The notes under the pieces were generated by a model, which saw only the letters and a program-made list of their open reading frames with translations, did no database searches and was not told where the DNA came from. 64,000 nt of DNA from Longimicrobiales bacterium (GTDB lineage: Bacteria > Gemmatimonadota > Gemmatimonadetes > Longimicrobiales > Gaopeijiaceae), in assembly GCA_965238005.1 (NCBI GenBank), contig OZ250165.1, positions 2,912,001 through 2,976,000 of the forward strand, given 5' to 3'. The position numbers and the translations under genes are program-made. Positions 61,712 through 64,000 of this stretch are shown piece by piece. How positions within the stretch are numbered: the stretch's first letter is position 1; every line of letters starts with the position of its first letter.

Positions 61712-62322
61712 GCACTGATCTGAACGCATACCTGGACGGCGAACGGGACTTCGAAGAGCTGAGCCCCGAAGCCCAGGCGGAAGCCGATGCCTGGCGACGG
61801 CTGACAGGAGAGCTGAAGGCGGACGAGCCGAGGCAGGCTCCGCCCTGGATGGAGAACGCGGTCATGAGCGAGATCGCGCTGACGAGCGCTCCAAAGGAGA
61901 GCGTCTTCGACTAGCTGCTCAGGCCCAGAACCATCCGCCTCTCCCCGTTGACGAGCCTGGCCATGGCCGCCGCGGCCGTGGCTGTCGTAGCGCTGCTCCC
62001 CGACGGGGCGCCGGTGTCGCCGGAGCCCGGGCCCGTCGCCGTAACCGAGATCCTGGTGCAGTTCTCCCTGGAGGCCCCGGGTGCCACGACGGTTGCGGTG
62101 GCCGGCGACTTCAGCGGATGGGCGAGTGACTTCGTCCTGGAGGATGCCGACGGCGACGGGATCTGGACCGGGCGAATCCCCATCACGCCGGGGCTCCACA
62201 AGTACATGTTCGTCATCGACGGTACGGATTGGGTCACGGACCCTGGAGCCCAGCGCTACGCCGACGACGGTTTCGGAAACCGTAACGCGGTCCTGGCGGT
62301 GGCTCCCCCGGCATCGCTGTGA
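61708..62322 (+). pseudogene. Putative anti-sigma factor (cytoplasmic domain, TM, CBM48/AMPK1_CBM) interrupted by in-frame TAG at 61912..61914
   Basis: ATGA overlap with sigma; LNAYLDGE; ORFs 61708..61914 and 61948..62322 share a frame (SVFD*LLRPRTIRLSP); VAVAGDFSGW, YMFVIDGTDWVTDP, DDGFGNRN. Confidence 0.8.
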
Positions 62323-62324
62323 GG

Positions 62325-63491
62325 ATGAGTATCCGGCGCGGCGTTGGCGGGCATGGCCTCGCCAGGACGGCGGGAGCGATCCTCCTGGCCGTCGTGTTGT
62401 GTCCTGCCGGTGCGTCCGGCCAGTGGGGTGACGTGCGCATCGAGGTCGGTGCTTCCCGGGCGTTCGCTCCGTCGGGTACTCACCTCGACGCCGCCACCTA
62501 CATCACGGCTGGGCTGCAGGTGGATCGCTGGACGCCCTCGGGAAGTGGGATCTTCGCGGGCATCTTCGGAGGCATGGCTACCGACTCCATAGGCGGGCAT
62601 TGGGGGAGCTTCGTTCTTGGCGGAGAGGCGGTGGCGGGCGCGGGCGGAGGGGTGGAGCTCAGCCTGTCGGCGTCCACGTACGGCTTTGCGGTCGGCGAGC
62701 CGTTCGTCTACGAAGCGGTCACCGTGGTGGTACGCCCTGAGGTGCGCATCCCCGTAGGACCGGCCGCAATCGTCTTCTACGGCGAGGGTGGCAAGGGATC
62801 GTCCAACATCGAGTTTCGGCGAACCGATCAGGTGAGGGCGTTCTCACAGGATCTCTGGCACTACGGTGGGGGGCCCGAGCTGCAGCTGCGCCTCGGAAGG
62901 GCGCTGACATCGGCGTCCTTCGGAGTGCTGGAGACGGAGAACGGGACGTATCGAAGGGGTGAGCTCCAGGTCCGCGCCGCCGGCACGAACGAATCACTGG
63001 TCGAAGCCACCCTCAGGGTGTGGGACACGCCACTGGGGACGGAGACCACGGGAAGCATCGCGGTGACGGTGCCGTTGGGCGGCCCCAGCTGGTTCGCCCA
63101 GCTCGTGGGCGGCCGGACCGACCCGGATCCGCTGGTGCAGAGCGAGCCCGGTGGACAGGGAGGCCTCGTCATCGGCCGCCGCCTCGTCCGGTTCGGTCCG
63201 AGCGTTGCCACGCCGGTTGTTGCGCTTCGATCGACGCCGGGGGGAGTTGCGGCCCGCTTCCGCCTGGAGGACCGCGATGCCCAGCGCGTAGAGATCCTGG
63301 GTGACTTCTCGGGCTGGGAGCCCCAGCTCATGGCCCGGGACGGCCCAGCGTGGTTGCTGGAGATCCCCCTGACGACCGGCACGTACCACTTCGGTTTTCT
63401 GGTGGACGGTGACTGGTTCGTGCCCGAGGGGGCCCCCGGTCGGGTGAGCGACGACTGGGGACAGATGAACGCTACGCTCGTGGTCCCATGA
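62325..63491 (+). CDS. Secreted beta-strand-rich (probable outer-membrane barrel) protein with C-terminal CBM48/AMPK1_CBM domain
   Basis: Signal peptide (ASG|Q); alternating amphipathic strands; VEILGDFSGW, GTYHFGFLVDGDW, DDWGQMN. Confidence 0.8.
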   Translation: MSIRRGVGGHGLARTAGAILLAVVLCPAGASGQWGDVRIEVGASRAFAPSGTHLDAATYITAGLQVDRWTPSGSGIFAGIFGGMATDSIGGHWGSFVLGGEAVAGAGGGVELSLSASTYGFAVGEPFVYEAVTVVVRPEVRIPVGPAAIVFYGEGGKGSSNIEFRRTDQVRAFSQDLWHYGGGPELQLRLGRALTSASFGVLETENGTYRRGELQVRAAGTNESLVEATLRVWDTPLGTETTGSIAVTVPLGGPSWFAQLVGGRTDPDPLVQSEPGGQGGLVIGRRLVRFGPSVATPVVALRSTPGGVAARFRLEDRDAQRVEILGDFSGWEPQLMARDGPAWLLEIPLTTGTYHFGFLVDGDWFVPEGAPGRVSDDWGQMNATLVVP

Positions 63492-63504
63492 AGGGGGGAC
63501 TCAA

Positions 63505-64000
63505 ATGACTTGCGACATGAAGGTAAAGAGAAGCCTGATCCTGGCGGCGGTTCTGGCCGCTGGATCGGCGAACGCTCTGTTCGGACAGGATCGGGCGGCC
63601 CGTGTTCGGGAGGCCTATTCCCCAGAGGCGGCGGCACAGATCGAGGCTCTCGTGGCGGAGGCCGGGCGCAACGGAGTCCCGGCGGCTCCTCTGTATGACA
63701 AGGCGCTGGAAGGGGCCGCGAAGCGGGTCCCGACGGCCCGGGTCATGCCGGCACTCCGAGAGTACTCGGGGCGGATGCAGCGGGCTCAGGGCCTCCTGGG
63801 CGGCACACGTGAAGTGTCCTGGGTCGTAGCCGGGGCCGACGCCCTACGTCGCGGAGTCGCGGGCGACGCCCTGACCTCGATCGGGCGGGAAGCAGGCGCC
63901 CGGACCCCCATGGCGCTCGTGGTAATGGGCGACCTGGTGGAGGCCGGAGTGCCCGCCGGACGAGCCATTGAGGTCATGCAGGAGGCGTTGGTGAGGACCA
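63505..64000 (+). CDS. Secreted helical hypothetical protein, runs off the window
   Basis: Not in the ORF track because there is no stop in the window. AAGGGGGG RBS; MTCDMKVKRSLILAAVLAAGSANALFGQD...GVPAAPLYDKALEGAAKRVP... open to 64000. Confidence 0.75.
   Translation, partial: MTCDMKVKRSLILAAVLAAGSANALFGQDRAARVREAYSPEAAAQIEALVAEAGRNGVPAAPLYDKALEGAAKRVPTARVMPALREYSGRMQRAQGLLGGTREVSWVVAGADALRRGVAGDALTSIGREAGARTPMALVVMGDLVEAGVPAGRAIEVMQEALVRT

Noticed and set aside
61912..61914. Pyrrolysine or genome-wide TAG recoding
   Set aside because: TAG is a normal stop for many genes here (copZ, ade, kinase, lptG) and no pyl genes are visible.

Overview
GC-rich bacterial chromosomal window with no rRNA, tRNA, CRISPR array or transposase that I can recognise. 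The gene content (SprA-like giant barrel, kinase with a RRRHVYHVAV membrane tail, DUF5715-LysM, CBM48/ECF cluster) suggests Gemmatimonadota; that assignment is inference. The core is a large minus-strand type IV pilus region: sprA-like, comEA, pilB, pilT, pilC, about 8 kb of housekeeping genes, pilS, pilR, a GT2 and two TMTC-like GT-C/TPR glycosyltransferases, two pilins, a second sigma54 two-component pair, two fimT/pilV/pilW/pilX minor-pilin sets (both pilX genes frameshifted) and a 38-codon pilM stump. Also present: metH, yitJ and a MetF-like gene, mtnA, ade, sodA, dinB, lptFG, a DapF with serines at both catalytic cysteine positions, pepP, and three copies of a TA-flanked MITE that each overlap a TAG stop codon. 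Best candidates for undescribed systems: (1) an ECF sigma factor with a CBM48-bearing anti-sigma and a CBM48-bearing barrel protein, with an identically spaced promoter motif in front of both the sigma gene and the adjacent lipoprotein gene; (2) a TMTC-like pilin O-glycosylation cassette; (3) a SprA-like barrel gene heading the comEA-pilBTC run. All family assignments come from motif recognition; no database searches were run.
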